A stretch of DNA of 64,000 bases, from assembly GCA_002269645.1 (NCBI GenBank), contig NIVC01001326.1, forward strand, positions 114,841-178,840. The letters are read 5' to 3'. The first letter of the stretch is position 1. The number at the start of each line of letters is the position of its first letter. This stretch comes from Macrostomum lignano (Eukaryota). This document shows, in pieces, positions 33,590-46,703 of this stretch. The position numbers were made by a program, and so were the translations under genes. The notes under the pieces were generated by a model, which was not told where the DNA came from, made no database searches, and saw only the letters and a program-made list of their open reading frames with translations.

Positions 33590-36490
33590 CCCATAGATGA
33601 GAATCTCCCACTGCATCCAAATCCCATAGGTGAGGATCTCCCACTGCATCCAAATCCCATAGGTGAGGATCTCCCACTGCATCCAAATCCCATAGGTGCC
33701 TCCCACTGCATCCAAATCCCATAGGTGAGGATCTCCCACTGCGTCCAAATCCCATAGGTGAGGATCTCCCACTGCATCCAAATCCCATAGGTGAGGATCT
33801 CCCACTGCATCCAAATCCCATAGGTGAGGATCTCCCACTGCATCCAAATCCCATAGGTGCCTCCCACTGCATCCAAATCCCATAGGTGAGGATCTCCCAC
33901 TGCATCCAAATCCCATAGGTGAGGATCTCCCACTGCATCCAAATCCCATAGGTGCCTCCCACTGCATCCAAATCCCATAGGTGAGGATCTCCCACTGCGT
34001 CTAAATCCCATAGGTGCCTCCCACTGCATCCAAATCCCATAGGTGAGGATCTCCCACTGCGTCCAAATCCCATAGGTGAGGATCTCCCACTGCGTCTAAA
34101 TCCCATAGGTGCCTCCCACTGCATCCAAATCCCATAGGTGAGGATCTCCCACTGCGTCCAAATCCCATAGGTGAGGATCTCACACTGCATCCAAATCCCA
34201 TAGGTGCCTCCCACTGCATCCAAATCCCATAGGTGAGGATCTCCCACTGCATCCAAATCCTATAGGCAAGGATCTCACACTGCATCCAAATCCCATAGGT
34301 AAGGATCTCACACTGCATCCAGATCCCATAGGTAAGGATCTCACACTGCATCCAGATCCCATAGGTAAGGATCTCACACTGCATCCAGATCCCATAGGTA
34401 AGGATCTGACACTGCATCCAAATCCCATAAATGAGGATCTCCAACTGCATCCAAATCCCATAGGTGCCTCCCACTGCATCCAAATCCCATAGGTGAGGAT
34501 CTCACACTGCATCCAGATCCCATAGGTAAGGATCTCACACTGCATCCAAATCCTATAGGTAAGGATCTCCCACTGCATCCAAATCCCATAGGTGAGGATC
34601 TCCCACTGCGTCTAAATCCCATAGGTGCCTCCCACTGCATCCAAATCCCATAGGTGAGGATCTCCCACTGCGTCTAAATCCCATAGGTGAGGATCTCCCA
34701 CTGCATCCAAATCCTATAGGCAAGGATCTCACACTGCATCCAAATCCCATAGGTAAGGATCTCACACTGCATCCAAATCCCATAGGTAAGGATCTCACAC
34801 TGCATCCAGATCCCATAGGTAAGGATCTCACACTGCATCCAGATCCCATAGGTAAGGATCTCACACTGCATCCAAATCCCATAGGTAAGGATCTCACACT
34901 GCATCCAGATCCCATAGGTAAGGATCTCACACTGCATCCAGATCCCATAGGTAAGGATCTCACACTGCATCCAGATCCCATAGGTAAGGATCTCACACTG
35001 CATCCAAATCCCATAGGTAAGGATCTGACACTGCATCCAAATCCCATAAATGAGGATCTCCAACTGCATCCAAATCCCATAGGTGAGGATCTCACACTGC
35101 ATCCAGATCCCATAGGTAAGGATCTCACACTGCATCCAAATCCCATAGGTAAGGATCTCACACTGCATCCAGATCCCATAGGTAAGGATCTCACACTGCA
35201 TCCAGATCCCATAGGTAAGGATCTCACACTGCATCCAGATCCCATAGGTAAGGATCTCACACTGCATCCAAATCCCATAGGTAAGGATCTGACACTGCAT
35301 CCAAATCCCATAAATGAGGATCTCCAACTGCATCCAAATCCCATAGGTGAGGATCTCACACTGCATCCAGATCCCATAGGTAAGGATCTCACACTGCATC
35401 CAGATCCCATAGGTAAGGATCTCACACTGCATCCAGATCCCATAGGTAAGGATCTCACACTGCATCCAAATCCCATAGGTAAGGATCTCACACTGCATCC
35501 AGATCCCATAGGTAAGGATCTCACACTGCATCCAGATCCCATAGGTAAGGATCTCACACTGCATCCAGATCCCATAGGTAAGGATCTCACACTGCATCCA
35601 AATCCCATAGGTAAGGATCTGACACTGCATCCAAATCCCATAAATGAGGATCTCCAACTGCATCCAAATCCCATAGGTGAGGATCTCACACTGCATCCAG
35701 ATCCCATAGGTAAGGATCTCACACTGCATCCAGATCCCATAGGTAAGGATCTCACACTGCATCCAAATCCTATAGGTAAGGATCTCCCACTGCATCCAAA
35801 TCCCATAGGTGAGGATCTCCCACTGCGTCTAAATCCCATAGGTGCCTCCCACTGCATCCAAATCCCATAGGTGAGGATCTCACACTGCATCCAGATCCCA
35901 TAGGTAAGGATCTCACACTGCATCCAAATCCTATAGGTAAGGATCTCCCACTGCATCCAAATCCCATAGGTGAGGATCTCCCACTGCGTCTAAATCCCAT
36001 AGGTGCCTCCCACTGCATCCAAATCCCATAGGTGAGGATCTCCCACTGCGTCTAAATCCCATAGGTGAGGATCTCCCACTGCGTCCAAATCCCATAGGTG
36101 CCTCCCACTGCATCCAAATCCCATAGGTGAGGATCTCCCACTGCATCCAAATCCTATAGCTAAGGATCTCACACTGCATCCAAATCCTATAGGCAAGGAT
36201 CTCACACTGCATCCAAATCCCATAGGTAAGGATCTCACACTGCATCCAGATCCCATAGGTAAGGATCTCACACTGCATCCAGATCCCATAGGTAAGGATC
36301 TCACACTGCATCCAGATCCCATAGGTAAGGATCTCCCACTGCATCCAAATCCCATAGGTAAGGATCTGACACTGCATCCAAATCCCATAAATGAGGATCT
36401 CCAACTGCATCCAAATCCCATAGGTGCCTCCCACTGCATCCAAATCCCATAGGTAAGGATCTCACACTGCATCCAGATCCCATAGATGAG
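33590..36490. repeat. 33-bp minisatellite (ACTGCATCCAAATCCCATAGGTGAGGATCTCCC)n with a 29-bp variant
   Basis: ~90 copies upstream of the receptor ATG. Confidence 0.95.
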
Positions 36491-37604
36491 GAGCTGACAC
36501 TGCCTCCAGATTCCAAAGGTACCTTTAAGCTACAACATTTCTGAGTATCCAATAAAGTTGAGGATCTCTTCGGATCGGTATCCAGACTCCCAGATCCCAT
36601 AGGAGTCATTCAAGATGAAGTGCTTCAGCATTGCTGGCACCAAATGGGCCAGTTGTAAATAGGAAATGGCACAGCCAGCTGTCTCCCATTTCTCACAACG
36701 AGAAGAGCCTCTCACAGGCCAGTTGAAAACCTGAAGAACGGCCTTTAAGATTCATTCAAAGGAAGAAAAACTCTCAGTTGATGTAAAGGCTTTATTGATG
36801 AGGGAGAGTATGAGCGCAAATCCCTATTGTAGAAAAAAACAAGGGAACACGGCAATACGGGGGATAGCCGGGGCAATTACTCTGCAACTATGAAGTGCAA
36901 CATCGCTGCCGAAGTAGAAGCGGGTATTTGTCAAGATGCCAAAAGAATTTCCAGGGGCCAAGAATACGGAGAGAAGGCCAACTTTGAGATGGAGAGAGAG
37001 AGAGCTGGGAGTTGCAGAGAAGAGATGGCGGAGGAGGATAGCGAGAATCTTGAAGAATCCAGTTGGACCGGGATGGCGGGCGGGGCAATGACAAATCGGT
37101 ATATACATGAACTATAGGCCCAGCGTTTCTCGATCTATCCTTCTATGCCAGGGGCCTCTGCAAGCAAATTACAGGCGCACAGAGACTAATCTAATGCCGG
37201 GCACTCCTTGCCATCCCTTCTCATCCCCTCATCCAGTCCGCATACAACAACTTGTTTTGAGCACTCAACCTCGACTGCAGCTCTTCAGCCTAACAAATAT
37301 ATAAAACTTACTTTTGCTATCCTAAGCTGGATAGAATGAGCGAGTGATGGAGGGCGAGAAGGCAGATAGGGAGAGCTGTCATGTCGAACTGCTGCTGCTG
37401 CTTCTGGGGCTTAAGCAGATTTCTTTGATTGAATATTAGTTTGCGCGCTCTAGAGGGCTGCCAGAGGCGCCAATTCAAATTAATTGGCACCCGAAGGAAG
37501 AGCCGCCAAGCAGATTACGCAGTTTAAGGCTGGGTCAGGCGGCATCTCCGACATATTTTTGACGCAAGAGCTCTCGGGGCATTGGGGCAGGGTAGCGAAT
37601 GCCA

Positions 37605-40600
37605 TCCTAAATCAGTCTGCAGATTCCTGACTAAATCAGTCTGCAGATTCCTGACTAGATCAGCCTGCAGATTCCTGACTAGATCAGTCTGCAGATTCCT
37701 GACTAGATCAGTCTGCAGATTCCTGACTAGATCAGTCTGCAGATTCCTGACTAGATCAGCCTGCAGATTCCTGACTAGATCAGTCTGCAGATTCCTGACT
37801 AGATCAGCCTGCAGATTCCTGACTAGATCAGCCTGCAGATTCCTGACTAGATCAGCCTGCAGATTCCTGACTAGATCAGTCTGCAGATTCCTGACTAGAT
37901 CAGTCTGCAGATTCCTGACTAGATCAGTCTGCAGATTCCTGACTAGATCAGCCTGCAAATTCCTGACTAGATCAGCCTGCAGATTCCTGACTAGATCAGC
38001 CTGCAGATTCCTGACTAGATGAGCCTGCAGATTCCTGACTAGATCAGCCTGCAGATTCCTGACTAGATCAGCCTGCAGATTCCTGACTAGATCAGTCTGC
38101 AGATTCCTGACTAGATCAGCCTGCAGATTCCTGACTAGATCAGCCTGCAGATTCCTGACTAGATCAGCCTGCAGATTCCTGACTAGATCAGCCTGCAGAT
38201 TCCTGACTAGATCAGTCTGCAGATTCCTGACTAGATCAGCCTGCAGATTCCTGACTAGATCAGTCTGCAGATTCCTGACTAGATCAGCCTGCAGATTCCT
38301 GACTAGATCAGCCTGCAGATTCCTGACTAGATCAGCCTGCAGATTCCTGACTAGATCAGTCTGCAGATTCCTGACTAGATCAGTCTGCAGATTCCTGACT
38401 AGATCAGTCTGCAGATTCCTGACTAGATCAGTCTGCAGATTCCTGACTAGATCAGCCTGCAGATTCCTGACTAGATCAGTCTGCAGATTCCTGACTAGAT
38501 CAGTCTGCAGATTCCTGACTAGATCAGCCTGCAGATTCCTGACTAGATCAGTCTGCAGATTCCTGACTAGATCAGCCTGCAGATTCCTGACTAGATCAGC
38601 CTGCAGATTCCTGACTAGATCAGCCTGCAGATTCCTGACTAGATCAGCCTGCAGATTCCTGACTAGATCAGTCTGCAGATTCCTGACTAGATCAGCCTGC
38701 AGATTCCTGACTAGATCAGCCTGCAGATTCCTGACTAGATCAGTCTGCAGATTCCTGACTAGATCAGCCTGCAGATTCCTGACTAGATCAGTCTGCAGAT
38801 TCCTGACTAGATCAGCCTGCAGATTCCTGACTAGATCAGTCTGCAGATTCCTGACTAGATCAGCCTGCAATTCCTGACTAGATCAGCCTGCAGATTCCTG
38901 ACTAGATCAGTCTGCAGATTCCTGACTAGATCAGTCTGCAGATTCCTGACTAGATCAGCCTGCAGATTCCTGACTAGATCAGCCTGCAGATTCCTGACTA
39001 GATCAGCCTGCAGATTCCTGACTAGATCAGTCTGCAGATTCCTGACTAGATCAGTCTGCAGATTCCTGACTAGATCAGTCTGCAGATTCCTGACTAGATC
39101 AGTCTGCAGATTCCTGACTAGATCAGCCTGCAGATTCCTGACTAGATCAGCCTGCAGATTCCTGACTAGATCAGTCTGCAGATTCCTGACTAGATCAGTC
39201 TGCAGATTCCTGACTAGATCAGCCTGCAGATTCCTGACTAGATCAGTCTGCAGATTCCTGACTAGATCAGCCTGCAGATTCCTGACTAGATCAGCCTGCA
39301 GATTCCTGACTAGATCAGTCTGCAGATTCCTGACTAGATCAGCCTGCAGATTACTGACTAGATCAGCCTGCAGATTCCTGACTAGATCAGCCTGCAGATT
39401 CCTGACTAGATCAGTCTGCAGATTCCTGACTAGATCAGTCTGCAGATTCCTGACTAGATCAGTCTGCAGATTCCTGACTAGATCAGCCTGCAGATTCCTG
39501 ACTAGATCAGCCTGCAGATTCCTGACTAGATCAGCCTGCAGATTCTGACTAGATCAGCCTGCAGATTCCTGACTAGATCAGCCTGCAGATTCCTGACTAG
39601 ATCAGTCTGCAGATTCCTGACTAGATCAGTCTGCAGATTCCTGACTAGATCAGTCTGCAGATTCCTGACTAGATCAGCCTGCAGATTCCTGACTAGATCA
39701 GCCTGCAGATTCCTGACTAGATCAGCCTGCAGATTACTGACTAGATCAGCCTGCAGATTCCTGACTAGATCAGTCTGCAGATTCCTGACTAGATCAGCCT
39801 GCAGATTCCTGACTAGATCAGTCTGCAGATTCCTGACTAGATCAGCCTGCAGATTCCTGACTAGATCAGTCTGCAGATTCCTGACTAGATCAGCCTGCAG
39901 ATTCCTGACTAGATCAGCCTGCAGATTCCTGACTAGATCAGTCTGCAGATTCCTGACTAGATCAGCCTGCAGATTCCTGACTAGATCAGCCTGCAGATTC
40001 CTGACTAGATCAGCCTGCAGATTCCTGACTAGATCAGTCTGCAGATTCCTGACTAGATCAGCCTGCAGATTCCTGACTAGATCAGCCTGCAGATTCCTGA
40101 CTAGATCAGTCTGCAGATTCCTGACTAGATCAGTCTGCAGATTCCTGACTAGATCAGCCTGCAGATTCCTGACTAGATCAGTCTGCAGATTCCTGACTAG
40201 ATCAGTCTGCAGATTCCTGACTAGATCAGTCTGCAGATTCCTGACTAGATCAGCCTGCAGATTCCTGACTAGATCAGTCTGCAGATTCCTGACTAGATCA
40301 GTCTGCAGATTCCTGACTAGATCAGCCTGCAGATTCCTGACTAGATCAGCCTGCAGATTCCTGACTAGATCAGTCTGCAGATTCCTGACTAGATCAGCCT
40401 GCAGATTCCTGACTAGATCAGTCTGCAGATTCCTGACTAGATCAGTCTGCAGATTCCTGACTAGATCAGCCTGCAGATTCCTGACTAGATCAGCCTGCAG
40501 ATTCCTGACTAGATCAGCCTGCAGATTCCTGACTAGATCAGCCTGCAGATTCCTGACTAGATCAGCCTGCAGATTCCTGACTAGATCAGTCTGCAGATTC

Positions 40601-43585
40601 CTGACTAGATCAGCCTGCAGATTCCTGACTAGATCAGCCTGCAGATTCCTGACTAGATCAGCCTGCAGATTCCTGACTAGATCAGCCTGCAGATTCCTGA
40701 CTAGATCAGTCTGCAGATTCCTGACTAGATCAGCCTGCAGATTCCTGACTAGATCAGCCTGCAGATTCCTGACTAGATCAGCCTGCAGATTCCTGACTAG
40801 ATCAGCCTGCAGATTCCTGACTAGATCAGTCTGCAGATTCCTGACTAGATCAGTCTGCAGATTCCTGACTAGATCAGTCTGCAGATTCCTGACTAGATCA
40901 GTCTGCAGATTCCTGACTAGATCAGTCTGCAGATTCCTGACTAGATCAGCCTGCAGATTCCTGACTAGATCAGTCTGCAGATTCCTGACTAGATCAGTCT
41001 GCAGATTCCTGACTAGATCAGCCTGCAGATTCTGACTAGATCAGTCTGCAGATTCCTGACTAGATCAGTCTGCAGATTCCTGACTAGATCAGCCTGCAGA
41101 TTCCTGACTAGATCAGCCTGCAGATTCCTGACTAGATCAGCCTGCAGATTCCTGACTAGATCAGCCTGCAGATTCCTGACTAGATCAGTCTGCAGATTCC
41201 TGACTAGATCAGTCTGCAGATTCCTGACTAGATCAGCTGCAGATTCCTGACTAGATCAGCCTGCAGATTCCTGACTAGATCAGCCTGCAGATTCCTGACT
41301 AGATCAGCCTGCAGATTCCTGACTAGATCAGCCTGCAGATTCCTGACTAGATCAGCCTGCAGATTCCTGACTAGATCAGCCTGCAGATTCCTGACTAGAT
41401 CAGCCTGCAGATTCCTGACTAGATCAGCCTGCAGATTCCTGACTAGATCAGCTGCAGATTCCTGACTAGATCAGCCTGCAGATTCCTGACTAGATCAGCC
41501 TGCAGATTCCTGACTAGATCAGTCTGCAGATTCCTGACTAGATCAGTCTGCAGATTCCTGACTAGATCAGTCTGCAGATTCCTGACTAGATCAGCTGCAG
41601 ATTCCTGACTAGATCAGCCTGCAGATTCCTGACTAGATCAGTCTGCAGATTCCTGACTAGATCAGTCTGCAGATTCCTGACTAGATCAGTCTGCAGATTC
41701 CTGACTAGATCAGCCTGCAGATTCCTGACTAGATCAGCCTGCAGATTCCTGACTAGATCAGCCTGCAGATTCCTGACTAGATCAGCCTGCAGATTCCTGA
41801 CTAGATCAGCCTGCAGATTCCTGACTAGATCAGCCTGCAGATTCCTGACTAGATCAGCCTGCAGATTCCTGACTAGATCAGCCTGCAGATTCCTGACTAG
41901 ATCAGCCTGCAGATTCCTGACTAGATCAGCCTGCAGATTCCTGACTAGATCAGCCTGCAGATTCCTGACTAGATCAGTCTGCAGATTCCTGACTAGATCA
42001 GTCTGCAGATTCCTGACTAGATCAGCCTGCAGATTCCTGACTAGATCAGCCTGCAGATTCCTGACTAGATCAGCCTGCAGATTCCTGACTAGATCAGTCT
42101 GCAGATTCCTGACTAGATCAGCCTGCAGATTCCTGACTAGATCAGTCTGCAGATTCCTGACTAGATCAGTCTGCAGATTCCTGACTAGATCAGCCTGCAG
42201 ATTCCTGACTAGATCAGCCTGCAGATTCCTGACTAGATCAGCCTGCAGATTCCTGACTAGATCAGCCTGCAGATTCCTGACTAGATCAGCCTGCAGATTC
42301 CTGACTAGATCAGCCTGCAGATTCCTGACTAGATCAGCCTGCAGATTCCTGACTAGATCAGCCTGCAGATTCCTGACTAGATCAGCCTGCAGATTCCTGA
42401 CTAGATCAGCCTGCAGATTCCTGACTAGATCAGCCTGCAGATTCCTGACTAGATCAGCCTGCAGATTCCTGACTAGATCAGCCTGCAGATTCCTGACTAG
42501 ATCAGCCTGCAGATTCCTGACTAGATCAGCCTGCAGATTCCTGACTAGATCAGCCTGCAGATTCCTGACTAGATCAGTCCTGCAGATTCCTGACTAGATC
42601 AGCTGCAGATGCAGATTCCTGACTAGATCAGCTGCAGATTCCTGACTAGATCAGTCTGCAGATTCCTGACTAGATCAGTCTGCAGATTCCTGACTAGATC
42701 AGCCTGCAGATTCCTGACTAGATCAGCCTGCAGATTCCTGACTAGATCAGCCTGCAGATTCCTGACTAGATCAGCCTGCAGATTCCTGACTAGATCAGCC
42801 TGCAGATTCCTGACTAGATCAGCCTGCAGATTCCTGACTAGATCAGCCTGCAGATTCCTGACTAGATCAGCCTGCAGATTCCTGACTAGATCAGCCTGCA
42901 GATTCCTGACTAGATCAGCCTGCAGATTCCTGACTAGATCAGCCTGCAGATTCCTGACTAGATCAGCCTGCAGATTCCTGACTAGATCAGCCTGCAGATT
43001 CCTGACTAGATCAGTCTGCAGATTCCTGACTAGATCAGCCTGCAGATTCCTGACTAGATCAGCCTGCAGATTCCTGACTAGATCAGCCTGCAGATTCCTG
43101 ACTAGATCAGCCTGCAGATTCCTGACTAGATCAGCCTGCAGATTCCTGACTAGATCAGCTGCAGATTCCTGACTAGATCAGCCTGCAGATTCCTGACTAG
43201 ATCAGCCTGCAGATTCCTGACTAGATCAGCCTGCAGATTCCTGACTAGATCAGCCTGCAGATTCCTGACTAGATCAGCCTGCAGATTCCTGACTAGATCA
43301 GCCTGCAGATTCCTGACTAGATCAGCCTGCAGATTCCTGACTAGATCAGCCTGCAGATTCCTGACTAGATCAGTCTGCAGATTCCTGACTAGATCAGTCT
43401 GCAGATTCCTGACTAGATCAGTCTGCAGATTCCTGACTAGATCAGCCTGCAGATTCCTGACTAGATCAGTCTGCAGATTCCTGACTAGATCAGTCTGCAG
43501 ATTCCTGACTAGATCAGCCTGCAGATTCCTGACTAGATCAGCCTGCAGATTCCTGACTAGATCAGTCTGCAGATTCCTGACTAGA
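37605..43585. repeat. 6-kb homogeneous 24-bp satellite (GATCAG[C/T]CTGCAGATTCCTGACTA)n, ~250 copies
   Basis: Direct reading; essentially one variable position. Confidence 0.97.
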
Positions 43586-43949
43586 TCATCACCAGAGAAT
43601 TAAGCACAACACAGCAACTCAACCCGAGTCTATGCGCAAGGCCACTATTATAAATAAATCTGTCTGATATATTAATTAGGTTTCTATCTGTGAGTGGGTT
43701 GGGGCTGGCGGGCCTCGCTTTACTGCCAGAGCATAGCGAATGGATTTGGCCAGATGGAGGATCGATTCTGGGCCGGCGGGAGGCGGGCCGCAACCCCCTC
43801 CCCCAAGTTAATCGATGCTAGTGCATCCTTTTTATCTGTTTGTATCCCCCCAGCTGGTTCGGTGTGCAGCCAAGGTTTATCTTTATATTATTATTATTGG
43901 ATTGCGACACTATCACGGCTTTACGGCAGTTAAACTGCTCACATTTCAA

Positions 43950-44310
43950 ACTGAGATTGAGAGGAATGGATAGAGGTAGATAGTGGATATAGGGACATAG
44001 CAATACAGACAGGTAGACAATAGATTGAACAGCTGGAGTGTGGATAGGAGTAGAGTAGATAGAGGCAAATAGAAAGTGGATAAGAGGCCAATATAGTGGA
44101 TAGTGTAAGATACAGTGTGGATAGAGGCAGATAGAGGGTGGATAGTGCAAGATACAGTGTGGATAGGGGCAGATAAAGTGGATAGAGGTAGATAGAGAGT
44201 GGATAGTGCAAGATACAGAGTGGATAGGGGCAGATAAAGTGGATAGAGGTAGATAGAGAGTGGATAGTGCAAGATACAGAGTGGATAGGAGCAGATAGAC
44301 ACGTAGTGTA
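43950..44310. repeat. Degenerate purine-rich repeat (GTGGATAG core)
   Basis: Recurrent GTGGATAG/GATAGAG/GCAAGATACAG motifs. Confidence 0.75.
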
Positions 44311-44599
44311 GCGGATAAGGCTAGATTAAAGTACACTAAAAAAGTAGAAAGACATTTCCAATCAACCAGAATTCAGGCTCCTACAACTGACAATTAATAA
44401 AAAATGCTGTCAATGAGCGTTCAATAGATTCGAAAACCGATAGCAAAATGCATTTATTATTAAAAAATTGCAGTGCAATACCCGAATGCTTTTACATGCA
44501 TATAGATATAAGGCTTTGAAAAACTGCATTGCACCAAAAACATTACAAATCATTGTATTGTGCTGCGATGGCTCAACAATGAATGGTGTAATTCTTATC

Positions 44600-45066
44600 C
44601 GCAGTGACCCACTCTCTGTACCTGGACCCAGAGCAGTGTGACCCACTCTCTGTACCTGGGCCCAGAGCAGTGTGACCCACTCTCTGTACCTGAGCCCAGA
44701 GCAGTGTGACCCACTCTCTGTACCTGGGCCCAGAGCAGTGTGACCCACTCTCTGTACCTGGGCCCAGAGCAGTGTGACCCGTTCTCTGTACCTGGGCCCA
44801 GAGTAGTGTGACCCGCTCTCTGTACCTGGGCCCAGAGTAGTGTGACCCGCTCTCTGTACCTGGGCCCAGAGCAGTGTGACCCGCTCTCTGTACCTGGGCC
44901 CAGAGCAGTGTGACCCGCTCTCTGTACCTGGGCCCAGAGCAGTGTGACCCGCTCTCTGTACCTGGGCCCAGAGCAGTGTGACCCGCTCTCTGTACCTGGG
45001 CCCAGAGCAGTGTGACCCGCTCTCTGTACCTGGGCCCAGAGCAGTGTGACCCACTCTCTGTACCTG
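44600..45066. repeat. 34-bp minisatellite (CAGTGTGACCCGCTCTCTGTACCTGGGCCCAGAG)n
   Basis: Period 34, ~13.5 copies. Confidence 0.95.
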
Positions 45067-45574
45067 GACATGAAATTTATCTTCATACCCTAAAAAGGAC
45101 TTTGTGGATCACACAATAGGTGATGCGTACATTGGTATAAAAATTAATGGTGATAAGGGATGATTAAATATGCGCAAAAGTGCAAGTGCGAAAGCGTGTT
45201 GCAATTTAAATTAGCAGAAAATTAACAATTAGTAAATAAGTAAAGAGCGCGAGTGCGAAAGTACGAATAAGTTGTTAAACAGTAAGAAAATGATGAAAGC
45301 CAATACAGATGAAAGTTTTCTGGAAACAGAGAGCTTAAAAAAATATGCATTTAAATTACTGACCAACTGGTTATTTGAATATCAGCATAAATACTTATAA
45401 ACGAATGTCTGGCTAATTAAAACAGTTTAACCAGAGCAATAAATTATGATGAGCGAAGAAATTATCTGTTAGAAAGTTAAAATTTTATTACTTTCTTTAT
45501 TGCTGAACAATATCGATCGCATGAATAAAAACTAAAATGAGTTAAAGCCTTTAACTGGAAGATGCTAATTAAAA

Positions 45575-46600
45575 CTGTACGTTAATTAACTAAATAAACC
45601 CAAAGCTGCAGAGGTGCTAATTACACCTGAATGCAAATTAACTAAATAAACCCAAAGCTGCAGAGGTGCTAATTACACCTGAATGCTAATTAATTAAATA
45701 AACCCAAAGCTGCAGAGGTGCTAATTACACCTGAACGCTAATTAACTAAATAAACCCAAAGCTGCAAAGGTGCTAATTACACCTGAATGCTAATTAATTA
45801 AATAAACCCAAAGCTGCAGAGGTGCTAATTACACCTGAACGCTAATTAACTAAATAAACCCAAAGCTGCAAAGGTGCTAATTACACCTGAACGCTAATTA
45901 ACTAAATAAACCCAAAGCTGCAGAGGTGCTAATTACACCTGAATGCTAATTAACTAAATAAACCCAAAGTGGCAAAGTGGTGCTAATTACACCTGAGCGC
46001 TAATTAATTAAATAAACCAAATGCGGCGAAGATGCTAATTACACCTGAACGCTAATTAACTAAATAAACCCAAAGCTGCAGAGGTGCTAATTACACCTGA
46101 ATGCTAATCAATTAAATAAACCCAAAGCTGCAGAGGTGCTAATTACACCTGAGCGCTAATCAATTAAATAAACCCAAAGCTGCAGAGGTGCTAATTACAC
46201 CTGAGCGCTTATTAATTAAATAAACCCAAAGCGGCAGAGGTGCTAATTACACCTGAGCGCTCATTAATTAAATAAACCCAAAGCGGCAGAGGTGCTAATT
46301 ACACCTGAACGCTAATTAATTAAATAAACCCAAAGCTGCAGAGGTGCTAATTACACCTGAACGCTAATTAACTAAATAAACCCAAAGCTGCAGAGGTGCT
46401 AATTACACCTGAATGCTAATTAATTAAATAAACCCAAAGCTGCAGAGGTGCTAATTACACCTGAACGCTAATTAACTAAATAAACCCAAAGCTGCAGAAG
46501 TGCTAATTACACCTGAATGCTAATTAATTAAATAAACCCAAAGCTGCAGAGGTGCTAATTACACCTGAACGCTAATTAATTAAATAAACCCAAAACGGCA
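45575..46600. repeat. 52-bp minisatellite immediately 3' of CDC6
   Basis: TAAATAAACCCAAAGCTGCAGAGGTGCTAATTACACCTGAATGCTAATTAAC, ~20 copies. Confidence 0.95.
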
Positions 46601-46703
46601 AATTAGCAAATGTGCTAATTACAGCTGCGGGATAAGCACACTCAAAGCTGAATTAGGTCAGGTGTTAATTGCCGCTGTTTTACGCCATACAAAATTAATT
46701 TAA

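Noticed and set aside
33514-36609. Long ORFs of ILTYGIWMQCE / GCSVRSLPM repeats
   Set aside because: Alternative frames of the 33-bp array.
36500-37600. Short ORFs between the two large satellites
   Set aside because: No recognisable domain and no consistent exon chain could be built on either strand.
37524-38870. 448-aa (LQADLVRN)n ORF resembling a coiled-coil protein
   Set aside because: Product of the 24-bp satellite; the frame is broken by unit indels, with no true start or splice context.
41230-42640. Single-base deletions and a scrambled unit (~42580-42620) in the 24-bp array as biological variants
   Set aside because: The pattern is typical of long-read consensus error or an assembly join; raw reads are needed.
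17835-46600. CRISPR-like arrays (30-52-bp units)
   Set aside because: Units are head-to-tail with no unique spacers, there are no cas genes, and the context is eukaryotic.
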